DNA of 64,000 nt from Deltaproteobacteria bacterium (GCA_028821115.1 JAPPHF010000078.1:1054-65053); one strand, 5' to 3'. Numbered from the stretch's first letter, positions 47,784 through 56,992 are shown. Notes: a model not told the origin generated them from the letters alone. Program-made: numbers and translations.

Positions 47784-48806
47784 ATGAACAGGATCGGGAC
47801 CCTCGGGTGTCTACTGGCCGCCGCTTCGTTGTGCTGGCTCTCGTCGGCCTACGCCGCGCCGGACTACTCCGGCAAGACGTTGCGTCTCATCGTCGGCACG
47901 TCGCCGGGCGGCGGATACGACACCTACGCGCGCGCCATCGCGCGCCACATGCCCAAGCACCTGCCGGGCAAGCCCAACCTCGTCGTCCAGAACATGCCGG
48001 GGGCCGGCAGCCTCATCGCCGCCAACTACCTCTACAACGTCGCCAAACCCGACGGGTTGACCTTCGCCATGCTCATCAGCGGCCTGGTCATGGAACAGAC
48101 CATGGGCACGGAAGGGATCAAGTTCGACGCCGGCAAGTTCCACTGGATCGGGGCGCCGAGCGTGGGCATGCCCGCGTGCGCGTTCATGGGCTTCAGCGGC
48201 GTCAAGACCCTCGATGACGTGGTGAAGTCGAAGAAGCCCATCACCATGGGGGCGGCCGGCAGCAGCACCCGGGAGCAACCCAGAATCCTCAAGCAGCTTA
48301 TCGGCGCCAACGTGAAGCTGGTGCCCGGTTACCAGGGCACGGCGGGCATTCGCGCCGCCATGACCCGGCGGGAGGTGGACGGCGCCTGCTGGCAGTGGGT
48401 GTCCATGAAGATCACCGCCCGCGACATGCTGAACGCCAAGGGGGACGACCAGCTGATCCCGGTGCTCCTGCAGGGCGATTCCAACGACTCCCAGGTGAAG
48501 GGGCTTCCCAAGTACACCGACTTCATCAAGGGCGCGGAGGACATGGAGGCGTTCAACGCCTGGATGGCCCAGTACCGGTTCTTCCGTCCGTTCGCCGCGC
48601 CGCCCAAGGCCCCGGCCGACGGCGTCGAGGTTCTGCGCAAGGCCTTCAAGGCAACACTCGAGGACCCCGAGTTTCTGGCGCTCGCCAAGAAGACGAGGAT
48701 GACCATCGATTACGTATCGGCGGAAGACGTCGCGGCCCAAGTGAAGCAGGTGCTGGCCGCCTCGCCCGCGGTCAAGGCCAAGCTCAGGAACATCATCGGA
48801 AACTGA
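47784..48806 (+). CDS. TTT-family (Bug/TctC-like) substrate-binding protein, orphan; first gene of the HO-like operon
   Basis: Signal peptide, YSGKTLRLIVGTSPGGGYDTYAR. Confidence 0.85.
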   Translation: MNRIGTLGCLLAAASLCWLSSAYAAPDYSGKTLRLIVGTSPGGGYDTYARAIARHMPKHLPGKPNLVVQNMPGAGSLIAANYLYNVAKPDGLTFAMLISGLVMEQTMGTEGIKFDAGKFHWIGAPSVGMPACAFMGFSGVKTLDDVVKSKKPITMGAAGSSTREQPRILKQLIGANVKLVPGYQGTAGIRAAMTRREVDGACWQWVSMKITARDMLNAKGDDQLIPVLLQGDSNDSQVKGLPKYTDFIKGAEDMEAFNAWMAQYRFFRPFAAPPKAPADGVEVLRKAFKATLEDPEFLALAKKTRMTIDYVSAEDVAAQVKQVLAASPAVKAKLRNIIGN

Positions 48807-48847
48807 ACCCGCCCCTCCGAGGGGATGCATCAGGAAGGAGAATGCCC

Positions 48848-49186
48848 ATGGCACGGCCCAGGATACGGCACATCGCCATCAACACCCATGACCGCGACAA
48901 GGTGGCGGACTACTACAAGGAGCACTTCGGCCTGGAGGAGAAGTCCCGCGGACCCAACGGCACCATTTACCTTTCCGACGGTTTCGTGGACGTGGCGCTC
49001 ATCAGCAGTCCGAACCTGCCCTACGGCATCCACCACTTCGGCTTCGTGGTGGACAGCGTCAAGGCCGTCGAGGAGTCCGTGAAGGCGACCGCCAACGCCA
49101 ACACCTACGGCGCCATAGCGGAGAGCTGGATCACCGATCCGGAGGAGAACCGGGTGGACGTGTCCGAGCACGGCTGGCCGGTCTGA
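48848..49186 (+). CDS. VOC-family (glyoxalase/bleomycin resistance/dioxygenase fold) protein
   Basis: IRHIAINTHD...YKEHFGL...HHFGF pattern; GGAAGGAG SD; 112 aa. Confidence 0.8.
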   Translation: MARPRIRHIAINTHDRDKVADYYKEHFGLEEKSRGPNGTIYLSDGFVDVALISSPNLPYGIHHFGFVVDSVKAVEESVKATANANTYGAIAESWITDPEENRVDVSEHGWPV

Positions 49187-49290
49187 ACCCGCCGGAACCC
49201 ACCCCGCGCGCGAGCCCGGAGTAGGGGCGGTTTCAAACCTGCCCCTGTCCCGGACCCTCGGCCGCGGGTGAGTTCGAATCGGAGGTACCC

Positions 49291-49989
49291 ATGAGCGAGT
49301 GGACGAAAGCGCGCACGGTCGTCGACGACATGGTCAACCGGCATTTCGAGAGCGCGGAATACCGGCGCATCTTCGGCGTCCGTCTCACCCCGGCGCGTCA
49401 GGCCGTTCTCGATCTCCACTACCCTCATTACATCAAGAGCCGGCGCGACTGCTGGGCGGTGGCGGCGGGCAAGGCGCCGCTGGACGTGAAGCGGGCCATC
49501 TGGGAGCACGAGAAGGACGAGTTGATCTTCGACGAGCGGCTGGGGGCGGCCCACCTCACCGACGAGGACATGGCCGGGGCCGCGGACGAGGCCAGCCTCC
49601 TGCCGGGGGCGCGGGCGGCGTTCTGGGCGTGGTTCCACCTGTGCTCCACGCGCTCGTGGATCGAGGCGCTGATGGTGAACCACACCACCGAGCGCAAGAA
49701 CAACAACGAGATCGTCAAGGGCGGCGGCTTCACCCACCGCATGGCGATGAAGAAGGCGCGCGAGATCGTCGGCTCGGTGGAAAAGCTCGACGCCAACACC
49801 CAGCTTCACATGACCGCGGACATCGGCCACTCGGACATGTTCGACCCGGTGTTGGAGAAGTACGTGCGCGACGCCGACACCGGCGCCCTCATCATCCGGG
49901 CGGCCCGGGACTGCTTGGCGCTGGACCGGGCGTACCGGGGAGCGCTGGGGTCGGCTATGATAGAGGTGCCGGAGGACCGGGCGGCTTAG
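49291..49989 (+). CDS. heme-oxygenase-like fold protein (PqqC/CADD/TenA superfamily), paralogue 1
   Basis: 232 aa all-helical; RRDCWA, WEHEKDE, TTER, LHMTADIGH (HxxxDxxH); aligns with the 51638 and 52374 ORFs. Confidence 0.7.
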   Translation: MSEWTKARTVVDDMVNRHFESAEYRRIFGVRLTPARQAVLDLHYPHYIKSRRDCWAVAAGKAPLDVKRAIWEHEKDELIFDERLGAAHLTDEDMAGAADEASLLPGARAAFWAWFHLCSTRSWIEALMVNHTTERKNNNEIVKGGGFTHRMAMKKAREIVGSVEKLDANTQLHMTADIGHSDMFDPVLEKYVRDADTGALIIRAARDCLALDRAYRGALGSAMIEVPEDRAA

Positions 49990-50029
49990 GGGCGCGCCAC
50001 CGCGCTCGGCACAGGCTTTCAGGAGCATC

Positions 50030-51595
50030 ATGGGTACGGTGATGGGCAGGAATGGGATGGTCGCCTGCAGCCAGCGCCTCGCTTCGCTGGTGGGTGTACA
50101 GGTCCTGTCCGAGGGCGGCAATGCCGTGGATGCGGCGGTTGCCACCGCGGCCATGCTGGGCGTGCTGGAACCCATGTCCATCGGCATCGGCGGCGACGCC
50201 TTCGCCCTGCTCTACGTGGCGGAGACGGGCGAGGTCAAAGCCCTCGATGCCAGCGGCCGTTCACCCTACGAGGCCGACGCGGCGGCCTTTCGCGCGCAAG
50301 GGCTCCAGGAGGTCCCTCAGACCGGGATTCATTCGGTGACGGTGCCGGGCGCGGTGCACGGCTGGGAGGTGCTGCTCGCGGAACACGGCACGCGCGCCCT
50401 CGGAGAACTTCTCGAACCGGCCATCCGTTACGCCGAGGAAGGTTTTCCGGTCAGCGCCTTCACCAGTCATGAATGGCGCAACCTGGAGGACAAGCTGAAG
50501 AAAAACCAGGAAGCCGCGGCGGGATATCTCGTCGATGGCCGCGCGCCGGGGACGGGAGAGGTGTTCCGGCAGCCGGACCTGGCGAGGACCATGCGCGGCA
50601 TCGCCGAGGAGGGTGCGGCGTTCTTCTATCGCGGAGAGGTGGCCGAGAAACTCGTACGATGCTCACGGACGCTGGGCGGCGCCTTCACCATGCGCGATCT
50701 CGAGGACCACGCTTCGGAATGGGTCGATGCCGTCCATGTCTCCTATCGCGGCCATGAAGTCTACCAGTTGCCGCCCGCGACCCAGGGGTTCGTCGCCCTG
50801 GAGATGCTCAAGATCCTCGAGGGCTATGATCTCCGGTCCCTGGAGCACAACGGCGCCGACTATCTGCACCTGTTCATCGAAGCGAAGAAGCACGCATTCG
50901 CGGACCGCGAGCGGTACCTGGCCGACCGCGACAGCATGACCGTCGGTTGCGACGACCTCGTAGGCGAGGCGCGTGTCGCCGCCATGAGAAACGGTCTCTC
51001 CACGGCCCGGGCGGCCGAGGACGTGGCCGCGGCGCCGGTCCCGGGAGACACCGAATACATCGCCGTCGCCGACGGCCGGGGCAACCGGGTCTCCTTCATT
51101 CAGAGCCTGTTCATGGGCTTCGGCTCGGGGGTGGCGGTGGAGGACACGGGCATGATTCTCCAGAACCGGGGACACATGTTCAGTCTGGACCCCGGACATC
51201 CCAACTGCCTCGGGCCGCACAAGCGCTGCGCCCACACGCTGATGCCGGGTATGGTCTGCAAGGGGGGAGAGCCGGTGCTGGTGGTGGGGCTCAAGGGCGG
51301 CCACGTGCAGGCGCAGGTTCAGAGCCAGATCATCGCCAACGTGGTGGATTTCGGCATGACGGTACAGGAAGCCCTGGCAGCGCCCCGGTTCAATCATCTG
51401 TCGGGCGCCGACGTGTCGCTGGAACCGGAGTTCTCCGGCGACGCGGTGAGCGGGCTGGAGGCACGGGGGCACCGCGTGGTGTCCGGCGCGCCCGAAAGCT
51501 TCGGTGGCGCCAACGCCGTCGCCATCGAGCCCGGGAGCGGTGTCCTCATGGGCGCGTCGGATCCGCGCAAGGACGGCTGCGCCATCGGGTTTTGA
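50030..51595 (+). CDS. ggt: gamma-glutamyltransferase-family Ntn hydrolase, no signal peptide
   Basis: GGNAVDAAVA, GIGGDAFAL, putative autoprocessing site PGD-TEYIAVADGRGN, GGANAV near the C-terminus. Confidence 0.88.
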   Translation: MGTVMGRNGMVACSQRLASLVGVQVLSEGGNAVDAAVATAAMLGVLEPMSIGIGGDAFALLYVAETGEVKALDASGRSPYEADAAAFRAQGLQEVPQTGIHSVTVPGAVHGWEVLLAEHGTRALGELLEPAIRYAEEGFPVSAFTSHEWRNLEDKLKKNQEAAAGYLVDGRAPGTGEVFRQPDLARTMRGIAEEGAAFFYRGEVAEKLVRCSRTLGGAFTMRDLEDHASEWVDAVHVSYRGHEVYQLPPATQGFVALEMLKILEGYDLRSLEHNGADYLHLFIEAKKHAFADRERYLADRDSMTVGCDDLVGEARVAAMRNGLSTARAAEDVAAAPVPGDTEYIAVADGRGNRVSFIQSLFMGFGSGVAVEDTGMILQNRGHMFSLDPGHPNCLGPHKRCAHTLMPGMVCKGGEPVLVVGLKGGHVQAQVQSQIIANVVDFGMTVQEALAAPRFNHLSGADVSLEPEFSGDAVSGLEARGHRVVSGAPESFGGANAVAIEPGSGVLMGASDPRKDGCAIGF

Positions 51596-51637
51596 CTCGT
51601 ACCGCGTCTCCACGGCACGAGTCGGGAGGGATCGAGC

Positions 51638-52360
51638 ATGGAAGTTCACGAGTGGCGCAAGGCCATCGGCGACATCGTGCGGGAGCATTCGGCTTCCGAT
51701 GTCGTGACCCGCTACTTCGACCTGAAACAGACGCCGTTGCGCGCCCAGGTAATCGTCCGGGAGCTGGCCCATTTCATACGCCACCGCCGCGATTGCTGGG
51801 CGCACGTGTCCGGGAACTGCCCGGTCTGGTCGGTGAAGCAGAAGATCCTGCAGCACGAGTACGGCGAGGTGATCAAGGACGAGTTCAGTGAGCACGGCCA
51901 CATCACCCTGATCCTGAACCAGGGCAAGACGGTGGGACTCCAGCCGGAGGACATCCTGAACGCCGACCCCCTTCCCACCACCCGCGCGGTGCTCTATGCC
52001 TGGGGCTGGATCACCCGCGAGAAACCCTGGCTGGAGGGGCTGGCGGCGCTGACGGTGACCGAGTGGTGCAACGACGACCGCCTGCTGGGGGACCACGGCG
52101 GCGGCCACTCTACCCGCATGGGCCGGCGCTGGAGCGAGGACATGGGCTTCAAGATGAAGGAGATGCCCAACTTCGACGTCCACTCCCAGGCCGACGAGGA
52201 GCACAGCGACATGTTCCTGCCCGATCTCGAGAAGCACGCCACCGGGGCGCTGCAGGACAAGGCGCTGCGCGCCGTCAAGGAATCCATGGAGCTCATGACC
52301 ATCTATCGCGCGGGCGTGCTGGAGGCCATGGAGCGGATACCGGCGGACGCGGGACGCTAG
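51638..52360 (+). CDS. heme-oxygenase-like fold protein (PqqC/CADD/TenA superfamily), paralogue 2
   Basis: RRDCWA, LQHEYGE, PLPTTRA, VTEW, VHSQADEEH (HxxxDxxH); GGGAGGG SD. Confidence 0.7.
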   Translation: MEVHEWRKAIGDIVREHSASDVVTRYFDLKQTPLRAQVIVRELAHFIRHRRDCWAHVSGNCPVWSVKQKILQHEYGEVIKDEFSEHGHITLILNQGKTVGLQPEDILNADPLPTTRAVLYAWGWITREKPWLEGLAALTVTEWCNDDRLLGDHGGGHSTRMGRRWSEDMGFKMKEMPNFDVHSQADEEHSDMFLPDLEKHATGALQDKALRAVKESMELMTIYRAGVLEAMERIPADAGR

Positions 52361-52373
52361 AAGGAGGCGCGGG

Positions 52374-53084
52374 ATGGATGCGACGGTAGCACGGTACGAC
52401 GAGTCGCTGAATCAGTTGACCCGGGACGCGTTCGCGGTCCCCGAGGTCCAGGAGTTCTACGAAATGCGGCTGACTCCGCGGCGGGCGCAGATCATCGCGC
52501 AGCAGTTCGGGTTGTTCGTGCGCGGCAGGCGCTCGGCCTGGGCCTACCTGATCGCGCGCTGTCCGCACATGGAGGTCAAGAAAGAGCTCCTCGCCCACGA
52601 GACCGAGGAGATGCTGTTCGACCCGCGTTGCGGCTCGGACCACTACACCCTGTGGGTGCGGCACGGCGAGGCCGTGGGCCTGAGCGCCGACGAGGTGCAC
52701 CACGCGCAGCCGCTGCCCACCACCCGGGCGGCCATCTGCGGCTGGAGCTGGCTGGCCTTCAACCTGTCGTGGCTGGAGGGGCTCGGCGGCGTGGCGGTGC
52801 TGGAGCGGGTCAACCTGGACCCGATCATTCCCGGCGGGGCGCACCAGACCCGCGCCCAGGAGCGCTGGACGAAGGACCTCGGGCTGACCCTGGAGCAGCT
52901 ACCCAATTTCAAGCTGCACCGAGAGGCCGACACCGACCACAAGGGCCAGACCATGGAGCTGTTGGCCAACTACGCCACGACGGATGTCGAGTGGGAGGGC
53001 ATTCTGGAAGCCGCGCGGCAGTCGCTGGAGTTCTGGCAGGTGTTTCTCGGCGGCATCGGCCGTGCCATGGAAGAGGTCGAGTGA
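52374..53084 (+). CDS. heme-oxygenase-like fold protein (PqqC/CADD/TenA superfamily), paralogue 3
   Basis: RRSAWA, LAHETEE, PLPTTRA, VLER, LHREADTDH; AAGGAGG SD; 13 nt after paralogue 2. Confidence 0.7.
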   Translation: MDATVARYDESLNQLTRDAFAVPEVQEFYEMRLTPRRAQIIAQQFGLFVRGRRSAWAYLIARCPHMEVKKELLAHETEEMLFDPRCGSDHYTLWVRHGEAVGLSADEVHHAQPLPTTRAAICGWSWLAFNLSWLEGLGGVAVLERVNLDPIIPGGAHQTRAQERWTKDLGLTLEQLPNFKLHREADTDHKGQTMELLANYATTDVEWEGILEAARQSLEFWQVFLGGIGRAMEEVE

Positions 53085-53133
53085 CCGCGTCCGGTTGAGC
53101 CGAAAACACGCATGAAAGAGAAGGGGAGGAACC

Positions 53134-53565
53134 ATGGCACGATTGAGGCATATCGCCATCGCCACCAAGGACCCGGATAAGACCGCCGCGTTCTACCAGA
53201 AGGTGTTCGGTCTCAAGTTCGTCAAGAAGGTGCCGGACTCGCCCCGCGGCGGGGGCGTGTTCCTCTCCGACGGGCACATCAACTTCGCTTTCCTGAACTA
53301 TCCTTCGGACGAGGCCGCGGACATGGCGGGAGGGGCCAGCTACGAGGGGCTCCATCACATGGGGTTCCAGGTGGACGACCTCAAGGAGGCCAAGACACGG
53401 CTGGAGGGGACGGAGGCGGAGCTGCTCGGCGACGCCGTGGGCTCGCACCACAGCTTCTACTTCGAGCAGAAGGTCCGGGGTCCTCACGGCATCATCATGG
53501 ACATGTCCACCCAGGGCTGGGACCTCGAGCCGCCGGAGGCCGCCCCCGCCGAAAAGAAGGCCTGA
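53134..53565 (+). CDS. VOC-family (glyoxalase/dioxygenase fold) protein
   Basis: LRHIAIATKD...FYQKVFGL...LHHMGFQV; 143 aa. Confidence 0.8.
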   Translation: MARLRHIAIATKDPDKTAAFYQKVFGLKFVKKVPDSPRGGGVFLSDGHINFAFLNYPSDEAADMAGGASYEGLHHMGFQVDDLKEAKTRLEGTEAELLGDAVGSHHSFYFEQKVRGPHGIIMDMSTQGWDLEPPEAAPAEKKA

Positions 53566-53586
53566 AGAACCTCGTCGCGTGGGGTG

Positions 53587-54489
53587 TCAGACGCCGGTAG
53601 CCTTCAAGGCGTCGGCGACGGTCTGCATCGCGTCCTCGGTAAGCTCCTCGGAAGGCCAGCGCGGGTAGCGCTTGATCCTGAAGCCCCGGGCGCGCATGGC
53701 CTCGCGATGGGCGCCGCGGCCGAAACGCTGCCCCAGCCTGCCGATGGCGCGGCCGAAGTCGTCCGCCTTCTTCTGCAGCGGAATCGCCCGCTCGTAGTCT
53801 CTCCGCTCCAGGGCGTCCCACAGCGCCACGCAGATCTCCGGGATTGCGCTGGTCAGGGGCGGGATGGCGCCGCTCAACCCGTGAGGCGTGGCCGGCAGCA
53901 GGTCGATGCTGTTGCCCGACATGACCGCGAAGTCCTCCGGCATGGCCTCCAGATAACCCATCAGCGGCCCCTGGCCGTAGTAGCTCGCCTTCATGCCGCA
54001 CAGCGACGGTACTTCCTGCTGCAGAGCCTTGGCCGTTGCCGGAGTGAAGGCCCAGCCCGAGTACTTGACGTTGTCGTAAAGGAACAGCGGGGTGCCGTTG
54101 ACCGCCGCCGCCACCGTCTTGTAGTGCGCGGTAATCTCCCACGGCGTGTGGTCGGTGTAGTAATACGGCGGCACCACGGCCACCGCGTCCACGCCCAGTC
54201 CCTGTGAGTGTTGAGCCAGCCGGCAGGTGGTCTGCACGTCCGCCGCACCGGCATGCATGATCACCGGAAGGCGTCCGCGCACGCGTTCCATGACGAATTC
54301 CGCCGTGGCGAGCCGTTGCTCCGTGGTCATGGCCGGCCCCATGCCGGTGGAACCCAGGACGAACAGGCCGTGCACGCCGGCGTCGATGTTGAACTCCAGC
54401 ATCTCGGCGAGCACGTCGAAGTCCACCTCGCCGTCGTCGTGGAAGGTGGTCAGGGTCGGGATGAAGATGCCGCGGAATCGGGGTTTCAT
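53587..54489 (-). CDS. dihydrodipicolinate synthase/N-acetylneuraminate lyase family (class I aldolase) protein
   Basis: GIFIPTLTTF, GLFVLGSTG, VVPPYYY and a Lys-containing GMKAS region typical of the DapA family. Confidence 0.85.
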   Translation of the reverse strand: MKPRFRGIFIPTLTTFHDDGEVDFDVLAEMLEFNIDAGVHGLFVLGSTGMGPAMTTEQRLATAEFVMERVRGRLPVIMHAGAADVQTTCRLAQHSQGLGVDAVAVVPPYYYTDHTPWEITAHYKTVAAAVNGTPLFLYDNVKYSGWAFTPATAKALQQEVPSLCGMKASYYGQGPLMGYLEAMPEDFAVMSGNSIDLLPATPHGLSGAIPPLTSAIPEICVALWDALERRDYERAIPLQKKADDFGRAIGRLGQRFGRGAHREAMRARGFRIKRYPRWPSEELTEDAMQTVADALKATGV

Positions 54490-54626
54490 GAAGGCCTCCC
54501 GGTGAGGTTTGCAGCCCGCGGCGCAGCTCCGTTTCCCGGACCGGCCCCATGGGCTCCCAAATCAAGAGGGGCATGCCGCCGAAGCCGGAAGCATGCCCCT
54601 CTCTTCGCTTGCGGGAACCTGTCCCG

Positions 54627-56150
54627 CTACTTCACCTTGATGTCCATGCCGTAGATGCGGGAATCAGCCGGGGGCTGATAGTCGATGTTTTTCGACATAC
54701 CCCACAGGAACTCGTGCCGCCACTGGAAGCAGGCGGGCGCCATGTCGGTGATCAACTCCATGGCCTCGGAGAGGTACTCGTTCCGTTTCTTCGGATCGAA
54801 CTCCTGTTGTTCCTTGTCAAGGGCCGCGTCGATGTCGGGATGGGAGAAGCCGATCCGCGGCGAGCCGCCCTTTCTGAAGTACTGGTGGAACGCCGAGCTC
54901 GGATCGAGAACGCCGCCACGGCCCATGTAGAAGAACGGCACCTTGCCCTTCTGGACGTTGGCCCAGAGGGTGGGCCACTCGGGCGTCCGCAGCTTGGCCT
55001 TGAAGCCCGCGGCGTTGAGCATCGGGATCATGGCCTCGGTCACCTGCTTGTCCAGGATGTAGCGGCCGACAGGGGTCTGCAGCTCCACCTCGACGCCCAG
55101 ATGCCCGGCCTGCGTCAACAGCTCACGCGCCTTCTTGGGGTCGTAGGTGTAACGGGTCTTCAGGTTCGGGTTGTAGCCCAACTGGCCGGGACCCAGAGGG
55201 CCGTCAAGCCGCTGCGCCTGCCCTTGCAGAAGGGTCCTGATGATCTTGTCCCGGTCGATGGCGTAGCACACCGCCTGGCGCACTTCCTTCTTGTCGAAGG
55301 GCGGCTTGGGCTGCATGCCCAGGAACATGATCACGAGGGATTGGATCTTCACGATCTTGTGCCTCGGAGAGTTCTCCACCGTCTTCATCAGATGCGGCGG
55401 AATGAGCTGCGCGACCTGCACCTCGTTGTTCATGAGGGCGGCCACCCGCTGCTCGGTCTCGCGCATCACCCGGAAGACGACCTCGTCCGGCGCGTTGGGA
55501 TTCCTCGACATGGCCGGGTGGTCGGGGCGCTTCCTGATGACCATGCGCTGTCCCTGCACCAGCTCCACCAGCTCGTAGGGGCCGCCGCCCAAGTGGTGTT
55601 TACGGTCGGCCTCTGCCGGGCCGTACTTGTCGTAGGCGGCCTTGCTGGTGATGATCAGGCCGTCGCAGAGGAAGTCCAGCAGCGGCGCGGTGGGCTTGTG
55701 GGTCGTGATCTGCACGCTGAAGTCGCTGAGCGCCTTGGCCTCCTTGACCGGACGGGCCACGGACGCCTTCTGCTTGCTCTGCGGATCGTTGAAGATGCGC
55801 CAGATCGAGTGGACGATGTCGTGGGCCGTCACCGGGCTGCCGTCGTTGAATGTGTAGCGCTGGTCCAGCTCGAACACCCAGTTGTTGGGATCCAGAACCT
55901 TCCAGCTCTTGGCCAGGCGCGGCTCCCAACTGCCGTTGCTCCAGTTGTATTTGCACAGGGGGCCGGCCAACTCGGTGTAGATGCCGTAGAGCAGCGCCAC
56001 GCTGTCGCCGTATGGGTTGTGGGTCTCCATGGTCTCGGTGGCGCCGATGGTGACACGGGTCTTCTTCTGCGCCAGCGCCGTGGTGGCGAGGCACAGGGCC
56101 AGCCCCGCGACGAACAGCGCAAGGACAGCGGTTCGTAAACGATTTTGCAT
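54627..56150 (-). CDS. ABC transporter substrate-binding protein, family 5 (peptide/nickel type), orphan
   Basis: Signal peptide MQNRLRTAVLALFVAGLALCLATTALA, about 507 aa SBP_bac_5-like; no adjacent permease/ATPase. Confidence 0.85.
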   Translation of the reverse strand: MQNRLRTAVLALFVAGLALCLATTALAQKKTRVTIGATETMETHNPYGDSVALLYGIYTELAGPLCKYNWSNGSWEPRLAKSWKVLDPNNWVFELDQRYTFNDGSPVTAHDIVHSIWRIFNDPQSKQKASVARPVKEAKALSDFSVQITTHKPTAPLLDFLCDGLIITSKAAYDKYGPAEADRKHHLGGGPYELVELVQGQRMVIRKRPDHPAMSRNPNAPDEVVFRVMRETEQRVAALMNNEVQVAQLIPPHLMKTVENSPRHKIVKIQSLVIMFLGMQPKPPFDKKEVRQAVCYAIDRDKIIRTLLQGQAQRLDGPLGPGQLGYNPNLKTRYTYDPKKARELLTQAGHLGVEVELQTPVGRYILDKQVTEAMIPMLNAAGFKAKLRTPEWPTLWANVQKGKVPFFYMGRGGVLDPSSAFHQYFRKGGSPRIGFSHPDIDAALDKEQQEFDPKKRNEYLSEAMELITDMAPACFQWRHEFLWGMSKNIDYQPPADSRIYGMDIKVK

Positions 56151-56269
56151 TTTTCTCTCCCTTCCGATGGTTGACGATGGGTACCCGATCTCGGGTGATT
56201 TGGCGCTTCTACCAACGCGCCGTTGCGTTGTCAACCGTGAAACCGGGGCTCCGGGGGCCGCATTTGCCC

Positions 56270-56992
56270 TCAAAGCAGGGCTGCGGCGAGGCCGCCGGCG
56301 ACCACGACGCCAGTGGCGAGCCAGCGGAACGCCGCCACCGAGACCCTCGCCCGGAGCCACGCGCCGGTGAAGTACCCAAGGGCAATGCCGGGCAGACCGT
56401 AGAGCACGAACCGCCAGACGGAGGCGGTGAGCAGCTCCATCTCCCAGTAGAAGGGCAGGGAGAACGCGGAGATCACCAGGAAATAGGCGATCAGGGTGGC
56501 GCGGAAGCGGGCCGGTTCCCAGCGCTGCTTGAGCCCGAACAGCACCAGGGGCGGGCCGGACACGGAGGTGCTGGCGGCGAGAAAGCCGGCGATCAACCCG
56601 GTGCCGACGCAGGGCGGGAGCTCCCGCGAGAACGGCGGCCCCGGTTTCACCTGCAACAGCAGCGCCAGCGCGATCATCAGCAAACCGATGCCCCGCTGCA
56701 ACGTGACCGTGTCCACCTCCCTCAGGACCAAGGCGCCCAGGGGGACCATCGGGGCGGAGCTCAGCAGGAGGGTGGCCAGGCGCCGCCGGTCGATGTCACG
56801 GCGGAGCTGGATGATCTGGGCGGTGCCCAAGGGCAGGTATAGAAGGACGATGCCGGGAACCACCACCGTAGCCGGCATCGCCACCACGAGCGGCGGCACC
56901 GACAGGATCATCATGCCGGCCCCGGTGATTCCCTGCAGGCTCGCGGCCGACAGCACCACGGCGAAAGCGTAGAGTCCGGTCTCCCAGTTCAT
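56270..56992 (-). CDS. TauE/SafE-family sulfite/anion exporter
   Basis: 240 aa, about 7 TM, internal duplication pattern typical of TauE. Confidence 0.75.
   Translation of the reverse strand: MNWETGLYAFAVVLSAASLQGITGAGMMILSVPPLVVAMPATVVVPGIVLLYLPLGTAQIIQLRRDIDRRRLATLLLSSAPMVPLGALVLREVDTVTLQRGIGLLMIALALLLQVKPGPPFSRELPPCVGTGLIAGFLAASTSVSGPPLVLFGLKQRWEPARFRATLIAYFLVISAFSLPFYWEMELLTASVWRFVLYGLPGIALGYFTGAWLRARVSVAAFRWLATGVVVAGGLAAALL

Noticed and set aside
49291-53084. PQQ biosynthesis operon (because of PqqC-like sequences)
   Set aside because: There is no pqqA peptide gene, pqqB, pqqD or the radical-SAM pqqE. Three paralogues interleaved with GGT and VOC genes do not fit the pqq architecture.
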